Assembly (NCBI GenBank): GCA_963816355.1
Contig: CAWFKH010000003.1
Span: 448,001-512,000, forward strand
Direction: 5' to 3'
Source: an uncultured Gemmatimonadales bacterium
Lineage (GTDB): Bacteria > Gemmatimonadota > Gemmatimonadetes > Longimicrobiales > RSA9
DNA: 64,000 nt
The position numbers and the translations under genes are program-made. Under the pieces are notes generated by a model. It worked only from the letters and a program-made list of their open reading frames with translations, was not told where the DNA came from and searched no databases. Shown piece after piece: positions 54,202 through 63,914 of this stretch; position 1 is the stretch's first letter, and every line of letters begins with the position of its first letter.

Positions 54202-54825
54202 ATGAGGTTACCAGTTCTTTCCCTGGTGGTCGTCGCGGCGAGCCTTGTTGCCGGTCCCGGCGCTCTGAGTGCCCAGCACGGTTCCGGCGCACGGAACCAC
54301 ACGAGCGCTCGGCAGCCCTCGAGCGCCGCGCAGGTGCAGTGGTGGAGCTGGGCGCTGCCCCGGGTGGAGGGCGGCGCGCGCGTCCGCACCGCTTCCAACA
54401 CGGTCGTGATCGTGCCCCGGCGGGACGGCGAGCGCCAGGCGGCCAGCGGCGGACGCGGTCCGAAGTTCTGTCGCGACGGGCGGGGCCACCCGGTGCACGG
54501 GTGGCGGTGGTGCGAGGAGAAGGGCTTCGCGCCGCGGTCGATCTGGAGTCGCGGCGGCATCGGCGACGTGATCCTGCGGAATCCGACGCGGCGCGGCGCC
54601 CTCGATCGCGGCGGCCTGATAGACGTTCTCGGGCGCGTCGTGCTGGGCCGGCTGGCGGGCGGATCCAGCGCCGGCACGGGCGGCGCCCTGACGGGGCGCA
54701 TCTTCGTCCCCGAGCGTGGACGGACCGTCGTGCAGGTGCGCTCGGGCGCGGCGCCGCTCGCCGAGCTGACCGACCTCGACGGCGACGGACGCGTCGACGT
54801 CGTCCTCCTGGCGAATGGACGCTGA
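54202..54825 (+). CDS. Secreted hypothetical protein
   Basis: ATG after GGAGGAG; signal peptide ending LSA-Q; Cys pair motif and DLDGDGRVD. Confidence 0.75.
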   Translation: MRLPVLSLVVVAASLVAGPGALSAQHGSGARNHTSARQPSSAAQVQWWSWALPRVEGGARVRTASNTVVIVPRRDGERQAASGGRGPKFCRDGRGHPVHGWRWCEEKGFAPRSIWSRGGIGDVILRNPTRRGALDRGGLIDVLGRVVLGRLAGGSSAGTGGALTGRIFVPERGRTVVQVRSGAAPLAELTDLDGDGRVDVVLLANGR

Positions 54826-54924
54826 GCGCGACCTCCGGACACGCCTTTGTCGAATCGCGCTCCGGCTCCTATCATGAAGGCTTCAGAGATGGAGCCAACG
54901 ATCCACGGACTTCGAACGAGAATC

Positions 54925-55554
54925 ATGGCGGATGATCGCGGCGTAGGGACGGAGAGCCTGCACGACGGAGCGGAAGCCGCCGCATCTCCCGGCGCACCGG
55001 TGCCGGGCGATGGCGGTCCGGGGTTGTCGGGGGAAGGGGCGGCGGCGGGCGGGAGGGATGCGGCGGGCGACATCGGCGACGCGGCTTCGTCGCCGAGCGC
55101 CGACCTCGAGCTGCTCCAGCGCGAGATCGACGGGCTCAACGACCGGCACCTGCGGCTCGCCGCCGAGTTCGACAACTATCGCAAGCGGGTGGAGCGGGAG
55201 CGGGCCGATAGCCGGGACCGTGCGCAGGCGGAGCTGGTGTCGCGGCTCGTGGACGCCCTCGACGATTTCGACCGGGTCGTCGAAGTGGATCCTGCGGCGG
55301 CGAGCGTGGAGTCCGTTCTGGAGGGCGCCGGGCTGGTGCGCAAGAAGCTGAGGCAGAGCCTGGAGAGCGCCGGATTGAAGACGATCGATCCGGTTGGCGA
55401 GGCGTTCGATCCCGCCAGCATGGAAGCGCTCATGACCGTCCCGGCGGAGCACCCCGACGAGGACGAGGTCGTGGCGGACGTCCTCCAGAAGGGGTACCGG
55501 TTCCACGATGTCCTCCTCCGACCCGCCCGCGTGCGGGTGAAGAAATACGAGTAG
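54925..55554 (+). CDS. grpE: Nucleotide exchange factor GrpE (start uncertain)
   Basis: RLAAEFDNYRKR, FDP, LQKGY, LRPARV. Confidence 0.94.
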   Translation: MADDRGVGTESLHDGAEAAASPGAPVPGDGGPGLSGEGAAAGGRDAAGDIGDAASSPSADLELLQREIDGLNDRHLRLAAEFDNYRKRVERERADSRDRAQAELVSRLVDALDDFDRVVEVDPAAASVESVLEGAGLVRKKLRQSLESAGLKTIDPVGEAFDPASMEALMTVPAEHPDEDEVVADVLQKGYRFHDVLLRPARVRVKKYE

Positions 55555-55569
55555 CGGACCCCGACGAAC

Positions 55570-56694
55570 ATGGCCACGGCCACCAAGGATTACTACCAGA
55601 TCCTCGGCGTCGGAGAGTCCGCGAGCGCCGCCGACGTCAAGAAGGCGTATCGCAAGCTCGCGAAACAGTACCATCCGGACGCCAACCCCGGCGATCCGGG
55701 CGCCGCCGAGCGCTTCAAGGAGGTGGGCGAGGCGTACGCGGTCCTGTCGGACGACGAGAAGCGCAAGCAGTACGACCGCATGCGCAAGATGGGGCCGCTC
55801 GGAGGAGGGTGGCGGACCACCGCCTCCCAGCCCGGCGGAGCCGCGCCGCCCGGCGCTACCGAGGGCCACTTTTCGTTCGACGACCTCGGCGACCTCGGCG
55901 GCCTCGGCGACCTCTTCAGCTCCATCTTCGACCGCGGGCGCCGCGGCCGCGGCCGCGGCGCCGCCGGTGCGCAGCGGGGGCCGAACATCGACTACACTGT
56001 CGAGGTCTCCTTCCGCCTCGCCGCGCGCGGCGGCAAGATCGACGTCTCCATCCCCGTAACCGACACGTGCGCCACGTGCGGGGGCACCGGCAACGCCCCC
56101 GGCTCGAAGCCGGTCCCGTGCACCGAGTGCGGCGGAACGGGGATGGTCTCCTTCGGGAAGGGCGGTTTCGCCGTGCAGCGCCCCTGTCCGGCGTGCTACG
56201 GCCGCGGCCAGATCCCTACCCAGACGTGTCCTTCCTGCGGCGGCAGCGGCCACATCCGCGAGCAGCGACAGGTGCGCCTCACCGTGCCGGCCGGGATCGA
56301 ATCGGGATCCAGACTCCGTCTCTCGGGGCAGGGCGAGCGTGGCGCGGGTGGCGGGCCGCCGGGCGACCTGCTCATCACCTTCCGCGTGAAGCCCGATTCC
56401 TTCTTCCGACGCGACGGCCTCGACGTCCACTGCACGATCCCGATCAACGTCGCGCAGGCCGCCCTCGGATCCAAGGTCCGCGTTCGCACGATCGACAACA
56501 AGAAGGTCGTGCTGCGCATCCCGTCAGGCACGCAGTCCGGTACGCGCTTCCGCATCGCCGGGCAAGGAATCGAGAAGGCGGGCCGGCGGGGCGATCAGTA
56601 CGTCCAGGTGCGAATCGTCGTCCCGAAGGATCTCGATCCGGAGGAGGAGCGGCTGATGCGGGACTTCGCCTCCGCCGCCGAGCTGCGTTACTGA
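55570..56694 (+). CDS. dnaJ: Chaperone DnaJ
   Basis: J domain with HPD, G/F region, four CxxCxGxG repeats. Confidence 0.96.
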   Translation: MATATKDYYQILGVGESASAADVKKAYRKLAKQYHPDANPGDPGAAERFKEVGEAYAVLSDDEKRKQYDRMRKMGPLGGGWRTTASQPGGAAPPGATEGHFSFDDLGDLGGLGDLFSSIFDRGRRGRGRGAAGAQRGPNIDYTVEVSFRLAARGGKIDVSIPVTDTCATCGGTGNAPGSKPVPCTECGGTGMVSFGKGGFAVQRPCPACYGRGQIPTQTCPSCGGSGHIREQRQVRLTVPAGIESGSRLRLSGQGERGAGGGPPGDLLITFRVKPDSFFRRDGLDVHCTIPINVAQAALGSKVRVRTIDNKKVVLRIPSGTQSGTRFRIAGQGIEKAGRRGDQYVQVRIVVPKDLDPEEERLMRDFASAAELRY

Positions 56695-56803
56695 GCCCCC
56701 CGCGTCCGCTCCGCGCGACGCCTTTGCTGACTCGCGACACACACCACGGGAATCTTCCGCCCACGCCGCCCGCCTCGAGGGCCCCGGCGCCGTTCGCGCG
56801 CGC

Positions 56804-57835
56804 TCACAGCCCGCGTCCGTGGACGTAGAGCGCGAGGAGTCCGAGCGCGTAAACGAGGAGCATCAGGGCGGAGCGCTCGTCGATCCGCCGCTGCCGTCCT
56901 TTGGCGCGGTAGAAGATCGAAGCGAGGGCGATCGCCATGAGGACGACGCCGACGAGCGCGGAGAGCGCGTGTTCCGTGCCGACGGTGCCGAAGATCGGCG
57001 GACCCCGGTGCACGAGGTCGAGCGGCACGAACATCACCATGTTCAACGCGTTGCTGCCGAAGAGGTTGCCCACGGCGAGGTCGTAGGCGCCGATGCGGAC
57101 GGCGGCGATCGACGTGACGAGCTCGGGTAGCGACGTCGCGAGGCCGACCAGCGCGGTGCCGAAGAAGCTCGCGCCCAGGCCCGTCGCGTCGGCGAGGGTA
57201 CGCGCGGTGAGCGCGAAGAGTGGTGCCGCGAAGAGAATGAGTAGAGCGGCGCCCGCGAAGCGCCAGATCGCGGCGCGGAGCGGCGGCGTGGGCATCGCCG
57301 ACTCGGCCGCGTCTGCGCCGGCGGGACCCGCCATCTCCTCCGTGCGCGCGGCGATGCGGGCGAGAGAACTGTTCCGGAACACCGCCCGTGCACCGGTGAC
57401 GTACGTCACCACGAGCAGGATCGATCCGGGCCCGACGCCGGCGATGGGGAAGGGGAAGCGGAAGACGATGAAGAAGCCGGCCATGGCGGTCAGCGTGATG
57501 GCGAGCGCGGCGGAGAGGCCATTGTCGAGCGCCGCGCGGCGAAACACCTCGGCGCCGGGCAGTAGACTGAGCAGGGCGAGGACCAGCATGTTGGCCATGC
57601 TGCTTCCGAAGAGGTCGCCGGCGGCGAGGTCCGGGGCGCCGAGGCGGACGGCCGTGATATCGGCGACGAGCTCGGGGAGGGACGTCGCGATCGCGAGGAA
57701 GACGCTGCCGACCCAGATCCCGCCGAGCCGCGTGCGCGCGGCGATGACGTCGCCGCTGCGCGCGAGGCGGACGCCGGCCCCCACGACCAGAACGGCGCTC
57801 AGGAGGAAGCCGGAAACGGCGATCGAGAGCGGCAC
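56804..57835 (-). CDS. Cation/Ca2+ exchanger (CaCA, YrbG-like)
   Basis: Two alpha repeats: ATSLPEL...GDLFGSS and ATSLPEL...GNLFGSN. Confidence 0.9.
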   Translation of the reverse strand: MPLSIAVSGFLLSAVLVVGAGVRLARSGDVIAARTRLGGIWVGSVFLAIATSLPELVADITAVRLGAPDLAAGDLFGSSMANMLVLALLSLLPGAEVFRRAALDNGLSAALAITLTAMAGFFIVFRFPFPIAGVGPGSILLVVTYVTGARAVFRNSSLARIAARTEEMAGPAGADAAESAMPTPPLRAAIWRFAGAALLILFAAPLFALTARTLADATGLGASFFGTALVGLATSLPELVTSIAAVRIGAYDLAVGNLFGSNALNMVMFVPLDLVHRGPPIFGTVGTEHALSALVGVVLMAIALASIFYRAKGRQRRIDERSALMLLVYALGLLALYVHGRGL

Positions 57836-57838
57836 GTC

Positions 57839-59053
57839 TCAGCGCGACGTCGCTTCCGGCGTCAGTTCGACGGCGGCCGGATCGCGCGACGTCGTCACGG
57901 CGGGCGGCGGCGGCTCCAGTGCCCTGCGCGCGATGTCGAGCACGGCGAGCGCGAGCACGAAGACGACGGGTCCTACGAGGACGCCCGCCGCGCCGAAGAG
58001 GAATATGCCGCCGAGGACGCTGAAGAAGACGACGAGCGGGTGCATCTGGGCGCGCCCCCCGACGATCAGCGCCCGCAGCAGGTTGTCGACCGTGCTGATG
58101 ACGAGCGAGCCGAAGGCGAGGAGGGCGATGCCACGCCCGATCTCGCCATCGAAAAGGAGCAGCAGACCCGCCGGAAGCCAGACGATCGTGGCGCCCACGA
58201 CCGGCAGCAGCGAGAGGAGCGCGATGACGGCCCCCCAGAGCGCCGCTCCGGGAAGGCCCAGCACGGCGAACGCGAGTCCGCCGAGTGCGCCCTGGGCGAG
58301 CGCGACGGCGACGTTGCCGTAGACCGTGGCGAACATCACCTCCCGCGCGCGTTCGACGAGGAGGGCGCTCTGCCTCGCGTCGAGCGGGATCGTGCGCTCG
58401 ATCCGGTCCACGAGGTTGTCGCCGTCCCGCAGCAGGTAGTAGAGCGTGAAGAGGGCGGCGCCGGTCTGCAGCAGCCAGCCCGCGAGCCCGGAGAGGAAGC
58501 CGAGCGTCCGGTTCGCGAGAACGCCGGCGACGCGCTGGAGCTGTTCGCCGAGCGTGCCCCACGCGTTCGCGGGATCGAGCCCGATCTCCGCGGCGATCCG
58601 CTGGAATCGCTGCGCCAGGACGCCCTGCGTGTGGAGGAGCCCCGCGGCGCGTTCGCGCATGACGTCGATGCCGGTCACGATCTCGTGCCCGACCAGGACG
58701 GAGAGCGCCGCCGCGGGCAGGACGAGCAGGAAGAACACGGCCACGGTCGCGAGCCCGGCGGAGACGGGGCGGGAGCCGATCGCCTGACGGAACGGAAGGT
58801 AGAGCGGATAGACGAGAACCGCGACCACGGCGCTCACCGCGATCGCGGGCAGTAGCGGCCACAACATGCGCGCCATGACGTACGTCGCGCCGACGCCGAG
58901 CAGCAGGACCATGAACAGGCGGAGCAGGCTGCGCTGGTCCGCGTCGACGGTCGAAGCGACGTCGTCGGCCGCCGGCGCCCCCGCGATGATGGGCCGTTCC
59001 TCCGATCCATCCCGGGCGTCGGCCGGCCCGGAGCCTGGAATCACGTCCACCAT
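57839..59053 (-). CDS. AI-2E family transporter
   Basis: YYLLRDG, PVVGATIVWLP, DNLLR, HPL...GG...FG..G...GP; ATG after AGGAG. Confidence 0.9.
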   Translation of the reverse strand: MVDVIPGSGPADARDGSEERPIIAGAPAADDVASTVDADQRSLLRLFMVLLLGVGATYVMARMLWPLLPAIAVSAVVAVLVYPLYLPFRQAIGSRPVSAGLATVAVFFLLVLPAAALSVLVGHEIVTGIDVMRERAAGLLHTQGVLAQRFQRIAAEIGLDPANAWGTLGEQLQRVAGVLANRTLGFLSGLAGWLLQTGAALFTLYYLLRDGDNLVDRIERTIPLDARQSALLVERAREVMFATVYGNVAVALAQGALGGLAFAVLGLPGAALWGAVIALLSLLPVVGATIVWLPAGLLLLFDGEIGRGIALLAFGSLVISTVDNLLRALIVGGRAQMHPLVVFFSVLGGIFLFGAAGVLVGPVVFVLALAVLDIARRALEPPPPAVTTSRDPAAVELTPEATSR

Positions 59054-59191
59054 CGCCTGCTCCTTTCCCGTACACGAGGGTCGGCCGATCCCCACACACG
59101 ATGCGGCTTCGCCTGACGGCGCGATTCCTTACGGCTCGCTAGTCTGGAGACGAGACGCAGCTCCAGACGCGGCACACCGGAGACACGGACG

Positions 59192-59569
59192 ATGACCGAG
59201 CGGCAGCAGGCGCACCTCGAGAGCAGGCTCCTGGCGGAGCGGCAGCGCGCGTGGCGGCTTACCGGCCGCGTCGGCCTCGACCCGTTGCTGATCGGCGAGC
59301 TGGCCGGCATTCTCGTCGGGATCGACGCCGCTCTGGCCCGAATCTACGGCGACGCGGACCGTTTCGGCCATTGCGGCGAGTGCGGCGATCTGATCCCGTT
59401 CGAGCGGCTGGACCTGATGCCGTGGGCGTCGCGCTGCCCGGCGTGCGAGGCCGGGGTGGAGCGCGCGCGGGCCCGCGGTGCCGCGCGTGCTCCGCGGGCG
59501 CGGGCGACCGTCCGGTCGCCGGCCGAGCCCGCCGGCGTGCGCTGGCGACTCGGCCTCGGCCACGTTTGA
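59192..59569 (+). CDS. TraR/DksA C4 zinc-finger protein with truncated coiled coil
   Basis: IDAALARI...FGHCGECG..IPFERL..PWASRCPAC. Confidence 0.8.
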   Translation: MTERQQAHLESRLLAERQRAWRLTGRVGLDPLLIGELAGILVGIDAALARIYGDADRFGHCGECGDLIPFERLDLMPWASRCPACEAGVERARARGAARAPRARATVRSPAEPAGVRWRLGLGHV

Positions 59570-59689
59570 GGCGCAGCCGGGCGCGGCGGCGCCTGCCATC
59601 CTCGGAGTGGAACCGAAGCTGCGAAGCGAGTAGGTTGTGCCGGCCGCGTCGTGGCCAGGAGGACGACTTGCACCCGGATCCGAGGATGA

Positions 59690-61042
59690 ATGCGCATACA
59701 CGACCATGCGACGTCGCCGCGCGCGACCGCGCGGTGCCTCACGCTCGCCGCACTCGCCGCGCTGTTCGCGCTGTTCGCAGCCGGCTCGGTCGCTCCCGCT
59801 GCGGCGCAGCAAGGACAACGCGAGACGCCGTCGCTCGAGCGACCTCTGCGCGTCTTCCTCGACTGCACCGACTTCCACTGTGAGCAGGACTTCTTCACGC
59901 AGGAGCTGCCGTGGGTGAACTTCGTGCGCGACCGTCAGGACGCGGACGTGCACGTCCTCGGCACGCGGCAGCGCACCGGTGCCGGCGGCAACGCCTACAC
60001 CCTCGAATTCATCGGCCGCGGCCCCTTCGAAGGTCGCAGGACTCAGCTCGCGGCGAGCACCTCGCCGGATGCCACGCCGGACGACGTGCGCCGCGAGATC
60101 GCGCGCGTCGTGAAGATCGGACTGGTCCAGTTCGCGGCCGGCACGCCGAGCTTCCGTCAGCTTTCCGTGGCGTACACGGAAGCGGAGAACGGCGGCCCCG
60201 CAGCGGCACGCGAGGACCCGTGGAACTCCTGGGTCTTCCGCGTCGGGCTCAACGGCAACCTGCAGGGCGAATCGAGCCAGCGCTCCTTCAATACGCGCGG
60301 CTCGCTCGACGCCAGCCGCACGACGGAGGCGCTGAAGATCGGGCTCAGCCTCGACGGCGCGTTCAACCGCGAGCGGTTCGAGGTGGACGACACCACCACC
60401 GTCGTCTCGCGCAGGGAACGTTACGGCGCCGACGCGCTGGTCGTGAAATCGGTCGGTCCCCACTGGTCGGCCGGGGGCATCGCGCGCTGGAGCCGTGACA
60501 ACTTCGCCAACATCTCGGCCCGCGTGAGCCTCGCGCCCGCTGTCGAGTACGACCTCTTCCCCTACGACGAATCGACGCGCCGGATCTTCGCGATCCTCTA
60601 CTACATCGGGCCGATCCGCTTCGTCTACGAGCAGCCGACGATCTTCGAGGAGACGCAGGAGACGGTGCTGCAGCACGGACTCGTCTTCCAGTACGAGGTG
60701 ACGCAGCCGTGGGGCTCGATCGATGCCTCCCTCTCCGGCTCGCACTACATCGCGAAGGCGGGCGCGGGACTTCCCTGGGCGGATCCGCAGTACAGGATCA
60801 GCCTGAACGGCGGCCTCGACGTCCGCCTCTTCAAAGGCCTCTCCGCGAACCTGGACGGGCAGGTCTCCTTCATCCGCGACCAGATCGGCCTGCCGGCGGG
60901 CGACCTCTCCGAGGCGGAGATCCTGACGCAGCAGCGCGAGCTCGCCACCAGCTACCGCTACTTCGCCTTCTTCGGCCTGAGCTATCGCTTCGGCTCGATC
61001 TTCAGCGCCGTCGTCAACCCGCGCTTCGGCTTCTTCGACTGA
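59690..61042 (+). CDS. Predicted outer-membrane beta-barrel protein (DUF481-like)
   Basis: Signal peptide, RVFLDC N-domain, alternating aromatic beta strands, GLSYRFGS..VNPRF. Confidence 0.7.
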   Translation: MRIHDHATSPRATARCLTLAALAALFALFAAGSVAPAAAQQGQRETPSLERPLRVFLDCTDFHCEQDFFTQELPWVNFVRDRQDADVHVLGTRQRTGAGGNAYTLEFIGRGPFEGRRTQLAASTSPDATPDDVRREIARVVKIGLVQFAAGTPSFRQLSVAYTEAENGGPAAAREDPWNSWVFRVGLNGNLQGESSQRSFNTRGSLDASRTTEALKIGLSLDGAFNRERFEVDDTTTVVSRRERYGADALVVKSVGPHWSAGGIARWSRDNFANISARVSLAPAVEYDLFPYDESTRRIFAILYYIGPIRFVYEQPTIFEETQETVLQHGLVFQYEVTQPWGSIDASLSGSHYIAKAGAGLPWADPQYRISLNGGLDVRLFKGLSANLDGQVSFIRDQIGLPAGDLSEAEILTQQRELATSYRYFAFFGLSYRFGSIFSAVVNPRFGFFD

Positions 61043-61164
61043 GCGGCCCGGCGGCCCGGGTGCATGCGACGCGGCGCCCGCCCGGACGGCGTGGCGCCCG
61101 GCGCAGCGGGCATCTATCTTCCGCGGAAATCGCGGCGCGCGAGCACCATGCGGGAGATGGAGAG

Positions 61165-61398
61165 ATGGCGAGACGGTTCCTCGACGACGATCTGATGACG
61201 TGGGAGGCGTACGCGTCCAGCGGCGACTACGGCTTCGCGCGGCCCGGTCGCCTCATGCTGCACTGCCTCTCCGACCCCGCCGTTCGGGCCCGCTACCTGA
61301 AAGGGATCGGCGACAGGGCGGCGGTGGAGCGGGTCGTCGAGACCGCGTCTCTCGAGCAGTTCCGCGAGCTGTTGAAGAAGTCCGAGCCCCTGTCGTAG
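61165..61398 (+). CDS. Small hypothetical protein
   Basis: ATG after GGAGAG; GC3-rich codons; MARRFLDDDLMTWEAY. Confidence 0.65.
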   Translation: MARRFLDDDLMTWEAYASSGDYGFARPGRLMLHCLSDPAVRARYLKGIGDRAAVERVVETASLEQFRELLKKSEPLS

Positions 61399-61436
61399 AT
61401 CGCCGCCCGGCGCGGCGGACCGCGCCGCCTCCACGC

Positions 61437-61485
61437 GGGCGCCACGGGCCCTGCTGCGGGCGCCACCGGCCCTGCTGAGGGCGCC
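61437..61485. repeat. 21-bp tandem repeat x2.3 between convergent genes
   Basis: GGGCGCCACGGGCCCTGCTGC / GGGCGCCACCGGCCCTGCTGA / GGGCGCC. Confidence 0.8.
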
Positions 61486-61492
61486 GCGACCC

Positions 61493-62569
61493 TCAGCGGA
61501 TCCGGCCGCCCCCGACCAGGACGTCGCCACGGTAGAGGGCGCCGGACTGACCGGGCGTTACCGCCCGCTGCGCGCGCGCGAAGCGCAGCGTTGCCGTCCC
61601 GGCCGAGATCGCCTCGACGCTCGCCGCGACGGCGCGGGCGCCGTGGCGGATCTGGACGAGGAGGCGCTCGCCGGGCTCCGGCCGCGGCGCGATCCAGTTG
61701 AGGTCGCCCAGCGTCACGCGGTCGCGCAGCAGCTCGGCGGCGCCGCCCACCACGACGCGGTTGTTCGCCGGCTCGACGCGCAGCACGTAGAGCGGCGTCC
61801 GCCGCCCGCCGCCGAGTCCGCGCCGCTGGCCCACGGTGTAGCGGGCGTAGCCGTGATGCCGCCCCACCACCTCGCCGTCGCGCGTCACGATCTCACCGGG
61901 GCGGAGCGCGGCGTGATCGCTTCCCAGGCGGCCGGCGAGGAAGTCGCCGTAGTCGTCGCTCGGCACGAAGCAGATCTCCTGCGACTCCGGCTTGTCGGCG
62001 GTGCGCAGCCCGAGATCGCGCGCCCGCTCGCGCACCTCCTCCTTGCGCAGCCGCCCGACCGGGAAGTGGAGCCCGTCGAGAACGGCGGCCGGGAGGCCCC
62101 ACAGGAAGTAGCTTTGATCCTTCGCCGGATCGGATCCGCGCCGCAGCCGCACGACCCCGGGCTCGACCTCCTCGCGGATCGCGTAGTGCCCGGTCGCGAC
62201 CGCGTCCGCGCCCAGCATGCGGCCCTTGCGCAGGAGGTCCGGGATCTTCGTCCTCGAGTTGCAGCGGACACACGGGTTCGGCGTTCGCCCGGCGACGTAT
62301 TCGGCGACGAAGTCGTCGACGACGTCGCGCGTGAACGCCTCCTCCATGTCGAAGACGTAGTGCGGAATCCCGAGCCGGTCGCACACCGCGCGCGCGTCCT
62401 GAATCCCCTCGAGCCCGCAGCAGGTGCGGGCGCGCGCGGGGGTCTCGGAGTAGCAGAAGGTCTTCATCGTCGCGCCGACGACGCGGTGGCCACGCTCGAC
62501 GAGCAGCGCCGCGGCGAGCGACGAGTCGACGCCGCCCGACATCGCCACCAGGATGGTGCGCCGCGTCAT
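61493..62569 (-). CDS. mnmA: tRNA-specific 2-thiouridylase
   Basis: SGGVDS, TPNPCVRCN, ATGHY, KDQSYFL, SQEICF, AVTPGQ. Confidence 0.97.
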   Translation of the reverse strand: MTRRTILVAMSGGVDSSLAAALLVERGHRVVGATMKTFCYSETPARARTCCGLEGIQDARAVCDRLGIPHYVFDMEEAFTRDVVDDFVAEYVAGRTPNPCVRCNSRTKIPDLLRKGRMLGADAVATGHYAIREEVEPGVVRLRRGSDPAKDQSYFLWGLPAAVLDGLHFPVGRLRKEEVRERARDLGLRTADKPESQEICFVPSDDYGDFLAGRLGSDHAALRPGEIVTRDGEVVGRHHGYARYTVGQRRGLGGGRRTPLYVLRVEPANNRVVVGGAAELLRDRVTLGDLNWIAPRPEPGERLLVQIRHGARAVAASVEAISAGTATLRFARAQRAVTPGQSGALYRGDVLVGGGRIR

Positions 62570-63723
62570 GCGCGTTCGGCGGCGGCGGCGCGGACACGCT
62601 CGACGACGCGCGGCACGCGCTCGAGCGCGGCGTCGACGTCTTCGTCCGTCGAGCACCACCCGAGGGAGAAGCGCAGCCACGCTTCGCCGGTTGGCGGCCG
62701 CCCGATCGCCAGGAGCACGTGGCTCGGGGCCGCGGCGCCGCTCTGACACGCGGAGCCGGAGGAGACCGCGACCTCCTCCAGGTCGAGCGCCACGAGGACG
62801 GCGTCCGGATCCACGTCCGGCAGCCCCATGTTGAGGACGTGCGGAAGCCGCTCCACGCCGCCGTTCACGACGAGCCCGGGGATCGCGGCGTGGAGACCCG
62901 CCTCGAGACGGTCGCGCAGCGCCCGCAGGCGCGCGGCTTCGCGGGTGAGCTCCGCGGCCGCGAGCTCCGCAGCCACGCCGAGACCGACGGCGCCCGCGAC
63001 GTTCTGCGTGCCTGGGCGCAGCCCGCCCTCCTGGCCGCCGCCGTGCACGAGCGGGCGCAGGGCCACGCCGTCGCGGACGAACAGCGCCCCTACGCCCTTC
63101 GGACCGCCGATCTTGTGCGCGCTGATCGAGAGCAGGTCGCAGCCGGCGTCGTTGACGCGGACCGGCACCTTGCCGAACGCCTGCACGGCGTCGCTGTGGA
63201 AAGCGACGCCGGCGCGACGACACCGCTCGCACGCCTCGCGCACCGGCTGCAGAGATCCGATCTCGTTGTTGCCCCACATCACGGAGACCACGGCGGGCGC
63301 GGCCGCGAGCGCCTCGTCGAGGGCGTCCAGGAGCAGCCGCCCCTCCTCGTCCACCGCGAGGATCGTCAGCGGAGCGCCTTCGTCCGCGGCCGCGTGCGCG
63401 GCGCCGAGAACGGCCTTGTGCTCGATCGCGGAGACGACGACGCCGCCCGCGCCGCCCGCCAACCGCTCCGCGCGGCTGCGGCCGAGGACGGCCAGGTTGT
63501 CCGCCTCCGTTCCGCCGCCGGTGAAGACGATCTCGCCGCGGCGGGCGCCTAGGGCGGCGGCGACCCGCTCGCGCGCCTCCTCGAGCGCGGCGCGGGCGGC
63601 GCGGCCGACGCCGTGCGTGCTCGACGGGTTGCCGTACGCGTCCGCGAGGTACGGCCGCATCGCCTCCGCCACCTCCGGGCGCACCGGCGTGGTCGCCGCC
63701 AGGTCGAAATTGGTCCGCCGCAT
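62566..63723 (-). CDS. iscS: Cysteine desulfurase (IscS/NifS family)
   Basis: DLAATTP, GNPSS, GGTEADN, SAHKIGGPKG, SSGSAC; ATG after AGGAG. Confidence 0.92.
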   Translation of the reverse strand: MRRTNFDLAATTPVRPEVAEAMRPYLADAYGNPSSTHGVGRAARAALEEARERVAAALGARRGEIVFTGGGTEADNLAVLGRSRAERLAGGAGGVVVSAIEHKAVLGAAHAAADEGAPLTILAVDEEGRLLLDALDEALAAAPAVVSVMWGNNEIGSLQPVREACERCRRAGVAFHSDAVQAFGKVPVRVNDAGCDLLSISAHKIGGPKGVGALFVRDGVALRPLVHGGGQEGGLRPGTQNVAGAVGLGVAAELAAAELTREAARLRALRDRLEAGLHAAIPGLVVNGGVERLPHVLNMGLPDVDPDAVLVALDLEEVAVSSGSACQSGAAAPSHVLLAIGRPPTGEAWLRFSLGWCSTDEDVDAALERVPRVVERVRAAAAERA

Positions 63724-63914
63724 CGCTCCTCCACTCCCGCCGTTCGGTCGCATGGGCGCAGCCGCGGGCGTGCCCCCTCGGGCGCCCACTACACGCGAGT
63801 CGGATCGAATGTGCCGCCTTCCTGCGTCGCCTTTTGACCCGTCGGCCGGCACGGTTACATTGCGGGGATCGGCGACGCCGTCGTCACCTCGGCCACCCCG
63901 CTCGAGATCCGTCG

